From contig NC_069002.1 of assembly GCF_001194135.2 (NCBI RefSeq), forward strand, positions 28,349,818 to 28,413,817: a stretch of DNA of 64,000 nt. The letters run 5' to 3'. Source of the DNA: Octopus bimaculoides (taxonomy: Eukaryota). Below, in pieces: positions 50,901 to 63,520 of this stretch; position 1 is the first letter of the stretch, and every line of letters begins with the position of its first letter. The translations under genes and the position numbers were made by a program. Below the pieces are notes generated by a model. That model was not told the origin of the DNA. It made no database searches and was given only the letters and a program-made list of their open reading frames with translations.

Positions 50901-51949
50901 CCCATGTAATTTTCACTATCCACATTACAATTTATTTTAAGATCTTCTTTCCTTAATTACTTGTTGCTGTTTGTAAACAACGATTACACACACCATCCCG
51001 CACAAACAATCACTACCCCACAAAAACACACATACATAAACCCGCAAAAGCACACACACCAACACGCACATACGAACACATACACATAATTCCGATAAAT
51101 AATCAAAGTATTCCACAATCCAAGAAAATGGATGGAGAATATTTAATTATTCTTTTCCTGAGAACTTGGCCAGCGTGATTGAATTCGCGTTCCGTCAGAG
51201 GAAAATGCGTGACCAAGTTATTAGGAAACGGAAAATTTGTAAGATTACAAGTGTAGTAGATATCTTTTAGACTTGCTATAAAAATTGATCCCGTGTTTAA
51301 ACGCCAACTTTCTTAACCATTTTATTAAAAGATCAAGTCAATCGATTAACTTTGCCTTTCGCTAACATTGTCAGAATTCGATTTTTCCCCCAAAATTCAA
51401 GTCCGGTTCAGAAAAATTTGACCTACGAAAGAAAATTTAGACTTAGCGAGATGAATACGAAAATGTGGGAAATTTGACTGGCGACTGTTGGTGCTGCCAT
51501 CTAGTAAGAGAGGGATAGAAAGAGGGTTTTTGGAGTAAGTGAGGGAGAGGAAGAAGGTTTACTAAGAAAAATAAGGGAGGTTGAAGTTACCCTTTAAAGG
51601 GAGAGAATAGTTCAGGGTTTATAACTTACTTTTTATTGCTATTATGAGATGTCTGTTTCTTATGAGTGAGAAAACATATGAAATAATATTTCCATATAAT
51701 TCATTTTTCCCCTTCATTTTGAGTGTCCACGTGGCTGTATACGAAAATGTTTTGCCCTTATTACACGTTCTTCTGAATATTGGTTTTTAGAATTCCTCTG
51801 TATTACTGTAGAAAAACATAAAACAGGAATATTAGATGTTATTCCGAAAAACATTGCTGTAAAAGGGAGAATTCTTTCTTCATAAATTCGAAATACATGG
51901 AAAAAAATGTGAAGCGTGTATCTAACTTGTCACGAATAAAATATTGATT

Positions 51950-52620
51950 TCAAATTTTGACACTCGGTCAGCAATTTTGGAGGAGGGGCTACGTCAATTA
52001 CATCGACCCCAGTGTTCAACTGGTAAGTCGATTTTATGGACCCTGAATCGAATGAAAGGCAAAGTCAGCCTCGGCGGAATTTGAACTCAGAACGGATGAA
52101 ATGCCGCAATGCATTTTTCCCGGCGTGCTACCGATTCTGCCAACTTCACCCCTTTTAATTCCCATAATATTTTCAAATATTGGAACAAGGCCAACAAGTT
52201 CGGAAAGGGGCTAAGTCGATTACATCGACCCCATTGTTCAACTTGTACTTATATCATCGACCCCGAATCGGATGAAAGGCAAAGTCGGCCTCGGCGGAAT
52301 TTGAACTCAGATCATAAAGACGAACGTGAAGAAATGCCGCAATGCATTTATCCCGGCGTGTTACCGATTCTGCCAGCTCACCACCTTACTACGAATAGTA
52401 TTGGTTTCGCATTTTGGCACAAGACCAGCAATTTCGGGGGGAGGAAGTAAGTCGATTCCATCGACTCAGTGATAAACTGGTACTTATTTTATCGACCCCA
52501 AAATGGACGTAAGGCAAAGTCAACCTCGGCGGAATTTGAACCCAGAACGTAAAAACAGACGAAATGTCGCTAAGCATTTCGCCCGGCGTGCTAATGGTTC
52601 TGCCAGTTCACCGCCTTGTC
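51950..52620 (-). mobile_element. Three head-to-tail SINE family C copies
   Basis: aaggcaaagtc(a/g)(g/a)cctcggcggaatttgaac at ~52057, ~52277 and ~52511. Confidence 0.9.
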
Positions 52621-53495
52621 ACGAATAATATTGACGAAACTTACGAATGGTGTTATTAGTTTTACCTGTTACTAATAAAGAACTACAGGTACATTTCCGA
52701 AACCTTGAGTCAACATAGCCATATTAATTTAATGGCTACTATAAATATTATAAAGACTTAGTGTTTGTCTCCCAACGCTTGACAAACTGCGTTTGGTTCT
52801 TTACGTTCTCTCAACTTCGCTATTCAGCGAAAAACCGATAAAACAAATGCTCATCATAAAAATTGTAAATACTGGGGTTGTATTTGTTCGACTAAATTCG
52901 TGAAGACTGCTCCGGATTGGCCGCAGTCCAATGGCTGAAACAAGCAGAAGAATCCTATATTGTGCTGACGCATACAAAACGGGTTTTGTTGACAATGGAT
53001 ATTATATTGTATGCCTCTCTCATTTCCCAGCTGAGGTAGATTAATTTTATTACTTTTGATCATGAATCACTTTGTTAAACAAACCTTCACTAACATTGTT
53101 CTGATAAATATCTTATGAATATAATAATTGCGTTGGGAAAACAATTCTTACCTGATTACGCGACTTTTTCATCCATTTTTTTTTCTATCTCGTGTTTAGA
53201 ACTAAGAACATGAAGAGAATATGGCGAAATTCAAGTGTTTTATCAAATTTTCAGAAAATATTCAAAACAAGAAAGCAAAATATGAGAAAGATTGCGATAA
53301 TTTGTATATAGCTGAATAAATCCTGATACGTATAGCTTTTTTGGCACCAACCTCCCTCTCTCTCATTCACTGTCCCTCTTTCTCGCTCTCTGATATATTT
53401 TGTCAATAAGTTGCTAAAAGCACCCAAACTTGTTCTTTGAGTAACTGCTGATAATTCGATTCAGTATAATGTGTCTCCACACTCACACATACATA

Positions 53496-53534
<39 letters not shown>

Positions 53535-53929
53535 NNNNNNNNNNCAATGTTTGAGAATGTTATACTGGATTAGAAAAAAAAAGATTTTATGATCCTCTGT
53601 TATGGTTTCAATATACTGTTGTCGATCTCTATATATTTTATAGAACTTCAAAATGTGAGTTAAAATTGAAAAGACGTAAGTTTAACAATAGGTTTTTTAG
53701 AAAACGCTATATCGAAATTGCTTGAAGATAAGACCAGGGCAACTCTGATATTATTATTATTATTATTATTATTGTTGTTGTTGTGTAGTGTACTTTTTAA
53801 TATCGTTTCTACTATCAAATCCCACTTTCGTTTCTCCACAATCCAAACAAAGTGACAAAGTAAGGCGGCGCGTGAAACATTGCGAATAATGGCGGTTCTT
53901 GTTTTACCAGCATCCACAATTTTTAATGG

Positions 53930-54215
53930 GAAATCTCCTGGCTCAGTGGTTAGGTTGCTGCTGCTGCACTCACGATCATAATATTATGGGTTCGATTCTT
54001 GGACAATGCAGTTCGATATGTTTTTGAGCAAAACACTTAATTTCACGCTACTCCCCTCCACTCAACTGTAAATGACTTCTAACAACAGCAGGGAAGTTAA
54101 CCCTGCGACGGACCGGCGTCACGTCCAGTGGAGAATGTCGTAATCTCCGTCAGCTTTACGCTGGGGGAACCGGGCTCTGTTGCAGCAGCTGTATGAGTTC
54201 TAGAACTGGACGAGG
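53930..54215 (+). mobile_element. SINE family D copy
   Basis: TGGCTCAGTGGTTAGG...GGTTCGATTC head, gagcaaaacacttaatttcac...cactcaactgtaaatg, ctgcgacggaccggcgtc tail. Related minus-strand fragments at ~430-690, 28800-29240 and 55170-55400. Confidence 0.75.
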
Positions 54216-54290
54216 ACATAAGCCTATATCTAATAACTATTAAAGTATCGTATATGTGTGTGTTCCCCATTATTGTTGATAATTAAACAC

Positions 54291-54695
54291 AGATGCAGGA
54301 ATGGCTGTGTGGTAAGAAGTTCCCTTATCAACCACATGGTTCCGGGTTCAGTCCCACTGCATGGCACCTTGGGCAATTATCTTTTACTTGTGCCTCGGGC
54401 CGACTAAAGGTTTGGGAATGGATTTGGTAGATGGAAACTGAAAGAAGCCTGTCGTATATATAAGTAAATATATACATCTATGTGTGTGCGTCTGTGTTTG
54501 TCCTCCCCATCACCACTTGACAACCGGTGCTGGTATGTTTACGCCCCCGTAATTTAGCGGTTCAGCAAAAGAGAACAGATAGAATAAGCACCAGGTTTTA
54601 AAAATAAGTACTGGGATCGATCCATTCGACTAAAAATTCAAGGCGGTGCTGCAGCATGGCCGCAATCTAATGATTGAAACAGATAAAAGATAAAA
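54291..54695 (+). mobile_element. SINE family A copy
   Basis: Colinear with the reference copy along its full length. Confidence 0.88.
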
Positions 54696-54803
54696 GAATG
54701 ATACTTGAGAAAAGAAAATAACAACACATTACGAATACTTTGCGTCACGAGTTGTTAATGTAAATACGTTTTTGTTTTTTTTCAATACTACATTGAATTG
54801 AAT

Positions 54804-54995
54804 TACCATATTCATTCGTGTATAAGGCGCACTATTTTAGATTCGATTTCAACGGGGTCGGTGGTGAAAACTGGGGTGTCACTTATACACAGGGAAAAGC
54901 CGATATCGATCAAATTTGAATATGAAAATAAGAAACTTTGTATCACTATTTAACTCCGAATTATGGGCGCGACTTGTACACGAATAATTACAGTA
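54804..54995. mobile_element. pogo/Tigger-type MITE with TA target duplication
   Basis: Left TACCATATTCATTCGTGTATAAGGCGC versus right reverse complement TACTGTAATTATTCGTGTACAAGTCGC; TA at both ends; internal sub-TIR ggtgtcacttatacac. Confidence 0.75.
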
Positions 54996-57360
54996 GATGG
55001 CTTACAGTTTACATTTCAACTCGAAACGCCAGTAAAAATCCCGGCCTGCGAAGGTCAAAGCCATTTTTCCAGATCATTGTTTATTGCCCGTAGCCGTCAC
55101 TTCCAAGCGAGTGTGACCCACTAGCTGGCGAATAGTTTTAAGCGCCGGTGTAATTGCGAGTAGACATAAATATCCAACCCCGCCCACGTCACCTCAGTTC
55201 TACCCAGCCTGGATCCAAAGGGATATTGAGGATGTATCTGAAGGGAAAGAGGGTGGTACTAACCCTCAACGGGTACCCACCTATAGATGAGAGTAGGCTG
55301 GATGAAAGTAGAATGAAGTGCCGTGCTCAAAGACACAACATGATGCCTAGCCCAGATATCGAAACCACGACCTCACTATAGTGAGATCAAATACGTTGAC
55401 AGATATAAGCTTTTTTTTTTCTTTAAAATTAAGCGTACACTAACGCACACATATACTGAGGCACGTACACAGGCATCAGTGCACACACACACACAGACTC
55501 TTTACAGATGTAGACACGCTGTACCATAAAAAGGTTTGTTGGAAGAAAGTCGTAATTCATAATTCACCAATGTTTCTATATTGGATCAAAGATTGACATG
55601 ATTAAAGACTTACTATGAAAAACATCATAAAGGACAAACGCCACAAATATATAGAGACTCTGTATAACTAATAATTATCTTTTCCGTTACTCTTTAAGTA
55701 TTTTCGTTTCCTTCGTTCGCAAACGCTTTGACTGCGTAATTAAATGTCATGGTCATTCCCGTAAAATTGGTTTCATATTTGGCACAAGGCGTGAAATTTT
55801 GTGGGATGGGGGCAAGTTGATTACATCAACTTCAGTGCTAAATTGGTACCTATTTTATCGATCCAGAAAAGATAAAGTCGACCTCAGCGGAATTTGAACT
55901 CTGGATGTAAAGTCAGACGAAATGTCGCTAAGCATTTTGCCCGGAGTGCCAGCTCGCCGGCTTTTTTTATTTTTATTTCTGTAATATTGTTTTTAAATAA
56001 GACAGCAAGCTGGTAGAAACGTTAGTACACCGGGCGAAATGCTTAGCGGTATTTCGTCTGTCTTTACGTNNNNNNNNNNNNNNNNNNNNNNNNNNNNNNN
56101 NNNNNNNNNNNNNNNNNNNNNNNNNNNNNNNNNNNNNNNNNNNNNNNNNNNNNNNNNNNNNNNNNNNNNNNNNNNNNNNNNNNNNNNNNNNNNNNNNNNN
56201 NNNNNNNNNNNNNNNNNNNNNNNNNNNNNNNNNNNNNNNNNNNNNNNNNNNNNNNNNNNNNNNNNNNNNNNNNNNNNNNNNNNNNNNNNNNNNNNNNNNN
56301 NNNNNNNNNNNNNNNNNNNNNNNNNNNNNNNNNNNNNNNNNNNNNNNNNNNNNNNNNNNNNNNNNNNNNNNNNNNNNNNNNNNNNNNNNNNNNNNNNNNN
56401 NNNNNNNNNNNNNNNNNNNNNNNNNNNNNNNNNNNNNNNNNNNNNNNNNNNNNNNNNNNNNNNNNNNNNNNNNNNNNNNNNNNNNNNNNNAAGGCAGCGA
56501 GCTGGCAGAAACGTTAGCAGGCCGGGCGAAATGCTTAGCGTCATTTCGTCCTCCTTTTTATGTTCTGAGTTCAAATTCCGCCGAGGTCGACTTTGCCTTT
56601 CATCCTTTCAGGTTCAATAAATTAAGTAGCAGTTGCGTACTGGGGTCGATCTAACGGACTGGCCTCCTCCCCGAAAACCTNNNNNNNNNNNNNNNNNNNN
56701 NNNNNNNNNNNNNNNNNNNNNNNNNNNNNNNNNNNNNNNNNNNNNNNNNNNNNNNNNNNNNNNNNNNNNNNNNNNNNNNNNNNNNNNNNNNNNNNNNNNN
56801 NNNNNNNNNNNNNNNNNNNNNNNNNNNNNNNNNNNNNNNNNNNNNNNNNNNNNNNNNNNNNNNNNNNNNNNNNNNNNNNNNNNNNNNNNNNNNNNNNNNN
56901 NNNNNNNNNNNNNNNNNNNNNNNNNNNNNNNNNNNNNNNNNNNNNNNNNNNNNNNNNNNNNNNNNNNNNNNNNNNNNNNNNNNNNNNNNNNNNNNNNNNN
57001 NNNNNNNNNNNNNNNNNNNNNNNNNNNNNNNNNNNNNNNNNNNNNNNNNNNNNNNNNNNNNNNNNNNNNNNNNNNNNNNNNNNNNNNNNNNNNNNNNNNN
57101 NNNNNNNNNNNNNNNNNNNNNNNNNNNNNNNNNNNNNNNNNNNNNNNNNNNNNNNNNNNNNNNNNNNNNNNNNNNNNNNNNNNNNNNNNNNNNNNNNNNN
57201 NNNNNNNNNNNNNNNNNNNNNNNNNNNNNNNNNNNNNNNNNNNNNNNNNNNNNNNNNNNNNNNNNNNNNNNNNNNNNNNNNNNNNNNNNNNNNNNNNNNN
57301 NNNNNNNNNNNNNNNNNNNNNNNNNNNNNNNNNNNNNNNNNNNNNNNNNNNNNNNNNNNN

Positions 57361-57399
<39 letters not shown>

Positions 57400-57794
57400 C
57401 ACGCACGATGGGCTTCTGACAGTTTTCGTCTACCAAATCCACGCACAAGGCTTTGGTCGGTCCGAGGCTACAGTAGAAGACATCTGCCCAAGGTGTCCTG
57501 CAGTGGGCGTGAACCCGGAACCATGTGATTGGGAAGCAAGATTCTTACCATACAGACACCCCTTTGCCTATCCACAACTTTCATTACGTTTCTTTGGAAA
57601 AGTTCTTCGCTCTTTGCTATCGAAACTTCCGTAAAGCATTTACCGTTCTTTTAACTGACATCAACTCCGCTGTTTCTCCCTTATTTTCCTCATTAACATG
57701 TAAAAACTTGTTGAATGGTGAGGAGGGATTCTTTTATGTTTCAGCCTAAAGGCAGTGGCAATTCTGGGGCACTTTTGATGTTTTTATTTTTAGG

Positions 57795-58215
57795 GCAGGG
57801 TCATGTGCTTGAGAAGTTCGCCTTGCAATCCTGCTGTTATAGTTTCAGTCCTACTGCGCAGTATCTTGGACGAGTGTCTTCTTCTCTAGCCCTACGACGG
57901 CCAATGCCTTGTGAGAGAATAGATTGGTAGAAAGAAACTGTGTGGAAGCCCGTTACATGTTTGAGTATATGTGCTTATTCGAGTCTGTATACGCATTCAC
58001 ACGCGCACACACAGATATTCCTCTGAGTGTTTTCAAGCCACCGCTTGACAACACCCATTGTTGGTTTGTTTATGTCCCGTAGCATAGCAATTTGTCAAAA
58101 GGATCCGACAGATTAAGCACCGGACTTAGAAACGTAAGTACGGGGTTCGATTTGTCCGACCGTTTCCTTCAAGTGCCCCAGCATGGCCACATTCCAATGA
58201 CTAAAACAAATAAGA
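57795..58215 (+). mobile_element. SINE family A copy, diverged
   Basis: ttcagtcctactgcgcagtatcttggacgagtgtcttc...ccccagcatggccacattccaatgactaaaacaaataagag. Confidence 0.75.
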
Positions 58216-58216
58216 G

Positions 58217-58340
58217 AGTAGTAGTAGTGGTAGTAGTAGTAGTGGTAGTAGTAATAGTAGTAGTAGTAGTAATAGTAGTGGTGGTGATGATGATGACGAT
58301 AATAATAATAATAATAATAATAATAATAGTAGTAGTAGTA
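58217..58340. repeat. Compound (GTA)n/(GAT)n/(AAT)n trinucleotide tract
   Basis: Direct reading. Similar tracts: (GAT)n ~5588-5625 and (ATT)n(AGA)n ~19556-19618. Confidence 0.95.
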
Positions 58341-58856
58341 AAGCAGTGGAATAGAGAAATGGGATAACTGTAAGACTCATTTCAATTTTTCTCTTTACAT
58401 TTATGAGTTCAAATCCTCCCAGAATCGCCTTTAGATTTTTAAAAAAGTTTTATTTTATTATATCCATCTGGGCGCCGGGGTTCAGATTGTCAAGGGTTGG
58501 AGTCGATTAAACGGACTGTCTTCCCTCTTCTCGAATATTTCGGGTATTAATGCCATTTATGAAAGAAAGCATCATGATTACATTTCATCTTTCAATATCC
58601 TGTATTTCTGTTAGAACCAAACTGAAACATTGGAAGAAGCCGTCATCACTAAGCGGGTGACGACAAGACAAGTTAAGATGATTAATTCACGAATAAGCTT
58701 ACAATCAGAATCTTGTTGCTTGGAAGCCAATAAAAAAAAATAAAAAGTTTCACATAATTTTCTTGTATATTATCTCTTTTCTATTCTCAATATTACTTCT
58801 TCCTAATTATATTCTGGTGCTGTTGTTGCTGTTCTTATTGTTTCAGCTTGCATACT

Positions 58857-58887
<31 letters not shown>

Positions 58888-59616
58888 GTGTGTGACTCTG
58901 TGCGTGTGTGTGTGTGTTGATTAATTAAATTAATTACTAGATGGGGTGTAGATATGTGGATGTGCCAAAGTNNNNNNNNNNNNNNNNNNNNNNNNNNNNN
59001 NNNNNNNNNNNNNNNNNNNNNNNNNNNNNNNNNNNNNNNNNNNNNNNNNNNNNNNNNNNNNNNNNNNNNNNNNNNNNNNNNNNNNNNNNNNNNNNNNNNN
59101 NNNNNNNNNNNNNNNNNNNNNNNNNNNNNNNNNNNNNNNNNNNNNNNNNNNNNNNNNNNNNNNNNNNNNNNNNNNNNNNNNNNNNNNNNNNNNNNNNNNN
59201 NNNNNNNNNNNNNNNNNNNNNNNNNNNNNNNNNNNNNNNNNNNNNNNNNNNNNNNNNNNNNNNNNNNNNNNNNNNNNNNNNNNNNNNNNNNNNNNNNNNN
59301 NNNNNNNNNNNNNNNNNNNNNNNNNNNNNNNNNNNNNNNNNNNNNNNNNNNNNNNNNNNNNNNNNNNNNNNNNNNNNNNNNNNNNNNNNNNNNNNNNNNN
59401 NNNNNNNNNNNNNNNNNNNNNNNNNNNNNNNNNNNNNNNNNNNNNNNNNNNNNNNNNNNNNNNNNNNNNNNNNNNNNNNNNNNNNNNNNNNNNNNNNNNN
59501 NNNNNNNNNNNNNNNNNNNNNNNNNNNNNNNNNNNNNNNNNNNNNNNNNNNNNNNNNNNNNNNNNNNNNNNNNNNNNNNNNNNNNNNNNNNNNNNNNNNN
59601 NNNNNNNNNNNNNNNN

Positions 59617-59657
<41 letters not shown>

Positions 59658-60170
59658 TGACATGCGCGCATTAATATATACAGACACACAACGCAATACA
59701 ACACACACACACACACACACACACTGACATGCGCGCATTAATATATACGCACACACACACACACACACACACACTGACATGCGCACATTAATATATACAG
59801 ACACACAACCCACACGAACACAGCACAACACATAAAGACACTCTCACACACATAAATATACGTTGGCACACGCATACACACTTTCACACAAATGCACGTA
59901 CTCACATGCGCTCACACGAGCACTCACTCAAACACACGCAATTACACATTCAGGCGCCTACATAGATGCATATTCACACACGCACACGCACTGACATGCA
60001 CACATATGCGTTCACACGCATTCACACATGCGCTGACACGCACACACGCACACACGCACTGACACGCACACAAATGCGTTTACACAAGCGAGCATGTGCA
60101 TTCATACATACACGCATACACATGCGCTTACACAAGCGAGCATGTGCACTCATACATGCGCTCACACATA
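59617..60170. repeat. CA-rich low-complexity tract with a repeated unit cactgacatgcgcgcattaatatatac (x3)
   Basis: Unit seen near 59655, 59722 and 59771. Confidence 0.85.
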
Positions 60171-62273
60171 AAACATTCACCCACAGGAAATAAAAAGAAG
60201 AAAGAAACAGAAGCAATTTGATCCACAGAACTGTAAAAGGAAATATTGAACAGTTCTTGTATGGTAAATCTATAAACTACTCCAATTGCAGGAATCGGAA
60301 AAACAGGCTCTCCTTCACAGATGTAGGTCGCAACACATGCATTATTATTGCGAAGAATACTAAGTTCTAGATTTTGTTAGCATATGACATAAGTGAAAGT
60401 CATTGGAAGAATCCAGGTTTTGGTTTCCACTTACTATCATTATTCTCCTTCCCCACCACCCAGCATTAAGTTTAACCGAGAAATGAATATACGCCACTGC
60501 ATCCTCTTCACTTCCTTTAAAATAATCGTCGCAGAAATACGTAAAATTATTCCTGTGCTTTAAATTTATAAGATGTTTTTTTTTTTTATTCGGTTTGTAA
60601 GATTCTTAATGTAAACATACGGGTATCGAAACAGAACGTGTTGTTTCAGGAGGGTCATTATGTCAATCATAAGCACATGCACTGGTTGAATTTCACTTCT
60701 TTTATTCTCGTCAGTCAACTAGTTAACCATTTAACCAATCAGTTGCTTGATTAGTCGTTCGGCCAATCAACCAATCGATTGGTTAAATAGTTAACTGGTT
60801 GACTTACTACTAATAAAGATGATGATGGTGAAAGAAGTGAAATATAAGTAGTGCGTGTGTTGAGATAATGGCCCATCCAAGATATTAAAAATTTCATATG
60901 ACATTATTTCGAAGATGCAGGCATAGCCATGTGGTTAAGAAGTTGGCTTCTCAATCACACATTTTCGAGTTCACTCCGACAGTGTGGCATCTCTGGTGAA
61001 TGTCTTCTACTATAACTTCAGGTCAGTTAAAGACTTGAGAGCGAATTTGGTTGACCGGAACTGAAAGAAGCCCACTTGTTTTTGTGTTTGTTTGTTTGTA
61101 TGTGTGTATGTATGTATGTATGTATGAATGCATGCATGCATGCATATGCGTCTGTGTGTATCTATCTATCTATCTATCTATCTATCCGTATGTGCATGCA
61201 TGCATGCGCGCTGCATTAACTCTGGTGCGTTGACGAACAGAAGGTAAACTTGTCAAAATACATTTTATTTTAAGAACAGACATTCATAAAATTAGCAATC
61301 CGGAAAATTTGCTTTCTCTCTTTCTTTTCAACAAAATTGTTTCTTAAAAATAGATTAACAATAAATGTGAAGGTCAAGTCAGACTGAACAACTCAAAGAA
61401 TGTTGATGAATGCCAAGAGAAAAGTAAACCGAAAATTCAAAGAATATTTGCATGTTTTCAAAACTATCAGCTGTAGCAGAAGAATCTGAAAGAGCTGCAT
61501 CGGTACCAGCAACCGTGTTAGATTTTTCTATCATTGTAAACTACTTTCTTTCGTTGATAGCGAAAGCTCGAGAGGATTTGAGAAATCTCTGTGATTTCAT
61601 TCTAATCCTAGAAGGAAGCTTTCAGCTCCGATTTGTCGATACTATTAGCTGCGATTCGTTTAGCTTATGAAATAACTAGTACGAAACAACTTTTAGCAGC
61701 GTTAACAAGATATTTTAGACATTATCTGTCGATAACTTTTCTGAGTAGCTTTCAAAATTAAACAAGGTTAAACTATTTTCCGTTCTGATGTAAGTGTTTT
61801 TTTTACATCTTGTTATAGATTCTATATTGGCAAGCGCAGAGAAAATTCGTTATATTTACTTAAGAAGCCTCTTCAATTGCCAGTATTAATGAACGCCTCT
61901 GATTCTTCTGATCATTTCCGCTCTTCAGCATATTTGCAGTTTTGCAGCTTCTACTTTATTTTTCTTCCTTTGTTTTGGTCTCAATGATCGTCCTTCACGT
62001 TTTATCTTTTCCAAAGTTGCCAACGTTCATCTCCTATAATACCATTTATATGAACAATCAAATGAATATTCAATACACAAAGTATAATATATAACCAGAA
62101 AAATACCACTGAATACTTGAATAATTAAATGCAACCCTAGAAAAAAAGAACTAAAATTGTACCCTAGTTGTCTTTCCTTCTGTTTATTCGCTCTCTTCCT
62201 CATTTTCGGGTTCCACGCCGTTCTTTCGATTACATCGTCTCTCTAACTCTGATGCCTCACCGACATGTTTCAT

Positions 62274-62660
62274 ACGGAGATCATATATTTGGCACAGCCG
62301 TTTTGGCGCCGCCTATTCGGCGTCGCTGATTCGAGGCAGACTTATTTGACTGCAGACGTTTTAATGCTTCTGCTGTTCTCTCCACTATATTTCTCTGCGT
62401 TTGTGCGAATAGATTTCTCTTCGTGTGTATGAAAAGAGAGAAAGTATTTATTCAATCATGTTCAATTAATAAATTATAATGTCTCTCTCCTCTACCTTTA
62501 TGTGTATATTTCTAGGCGCGCGTGCGTGCATACGTGTGAGTGTGTAAGTATGTTTGCCTCCCGTGCCAAAAAATACTGTTGCCAAAACAGCTTCAGTGAT
62601 CAGTCAGCCGTGCCAAATCGCCAGCGTCCAATCAGCTGCGCCCAATTGTTACATTCCCGT
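62274..62660. mobile_element. Old MITE-like element with degenerate TIRs and mirrored TTGGCAC/GTGCCAA subterminal repeats
   Basis: About 18/27 identity between the left end and the reverse complement of the right end. TTTGGC(A/G)C motifs cluster at 62288-62325 and their complements at 62562-62645. Confidence 0.45.
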
Positions 62661-63024
62661 TTCACATTGTGATTCCTTTTGCCTTATGTTCCACTTCTCT
62701 CTCTCTCTCTCTTTCTTCTCATTCTATTCATTCATTCTGTATCTTCAGTAACGTGTTTCTGACAAAGGATTTTCCCCAGAATATTAAATTTTTTTCCTCT
62801 TCTCCTCATTGGAAGCCAATACATTCCAATATTGAATCGCCTGCGGTTTGTAAATGATGTGTCCAACGAAACTAAAATTGGAAATCGCTAATCAGATAAT
62901 TTGCCTAATTGCATCCAGGACATCAGAGACACAATATTATCCTCCGCTCTTCTGACAAACCGAACCAAGACTTGTTTCACAAAAATAAAGGGTTATTTAT
63001 TATTTATAACGTCTCTAATAAGTG

Positions 63025-63520
63025 TGGGCAGGCATAATTACGTGGCTGAGACGTTAGCTTTGCACCCATACAGTTTTGAGTTCAATCTCATTGCGAGGCA
63101 CCTGGACCAGCTGTCGTTATACTATGGCCGTAGTCCGATTAATTCTTTGTGAGTAAATTTGGTTGACGGAAACTGTGTGGAAACCCGTTTTCAATGTATG
63201 TATGTGTGAGACGAGTCCTTATTAGAGTTTATGTCGAGTAAATAATATTCTATGTTCTAACACAACATCCACATTGAGTGAGGGTGGATATTACCTTTTG
63301 GTATTCATACTGCTTCTGTCGCTATAATATATGTGTGTGTGTGTGTGACTTTGTGTTCGTCTCCACACCACTTGACAACCGGTGTCGGTTTGCTTACGTC
63401 CCCGTAACGTAGCGGTTTGGCGAAAGAGGGTAATAATTACGAGACTAAATAACGAACTGGGATCGATTCTTTTCGACTAAACGCTTCAGGGCGGTGCCTC
63501 ATCACAGCCACAGTCCGAGT
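63025..63520 (+). mobile_element. SINE family A copy, diverged, with an extra ~120 bp in the microsatellite position
   Basis: cgtggctgag...ttggttgacggaaactgtgtggaaacccg...ccccgtaacgtagcggtttggc...ggcggtgcctc. Confidence 0.72.

Noticed and set aside
62516-62545. AG...GTAAGT-bounded micro-exon candidate
   Set aside because: It lies inside the MITE-like element, consists of GT/GC repeats, and its translation is unrelated to Tincar.
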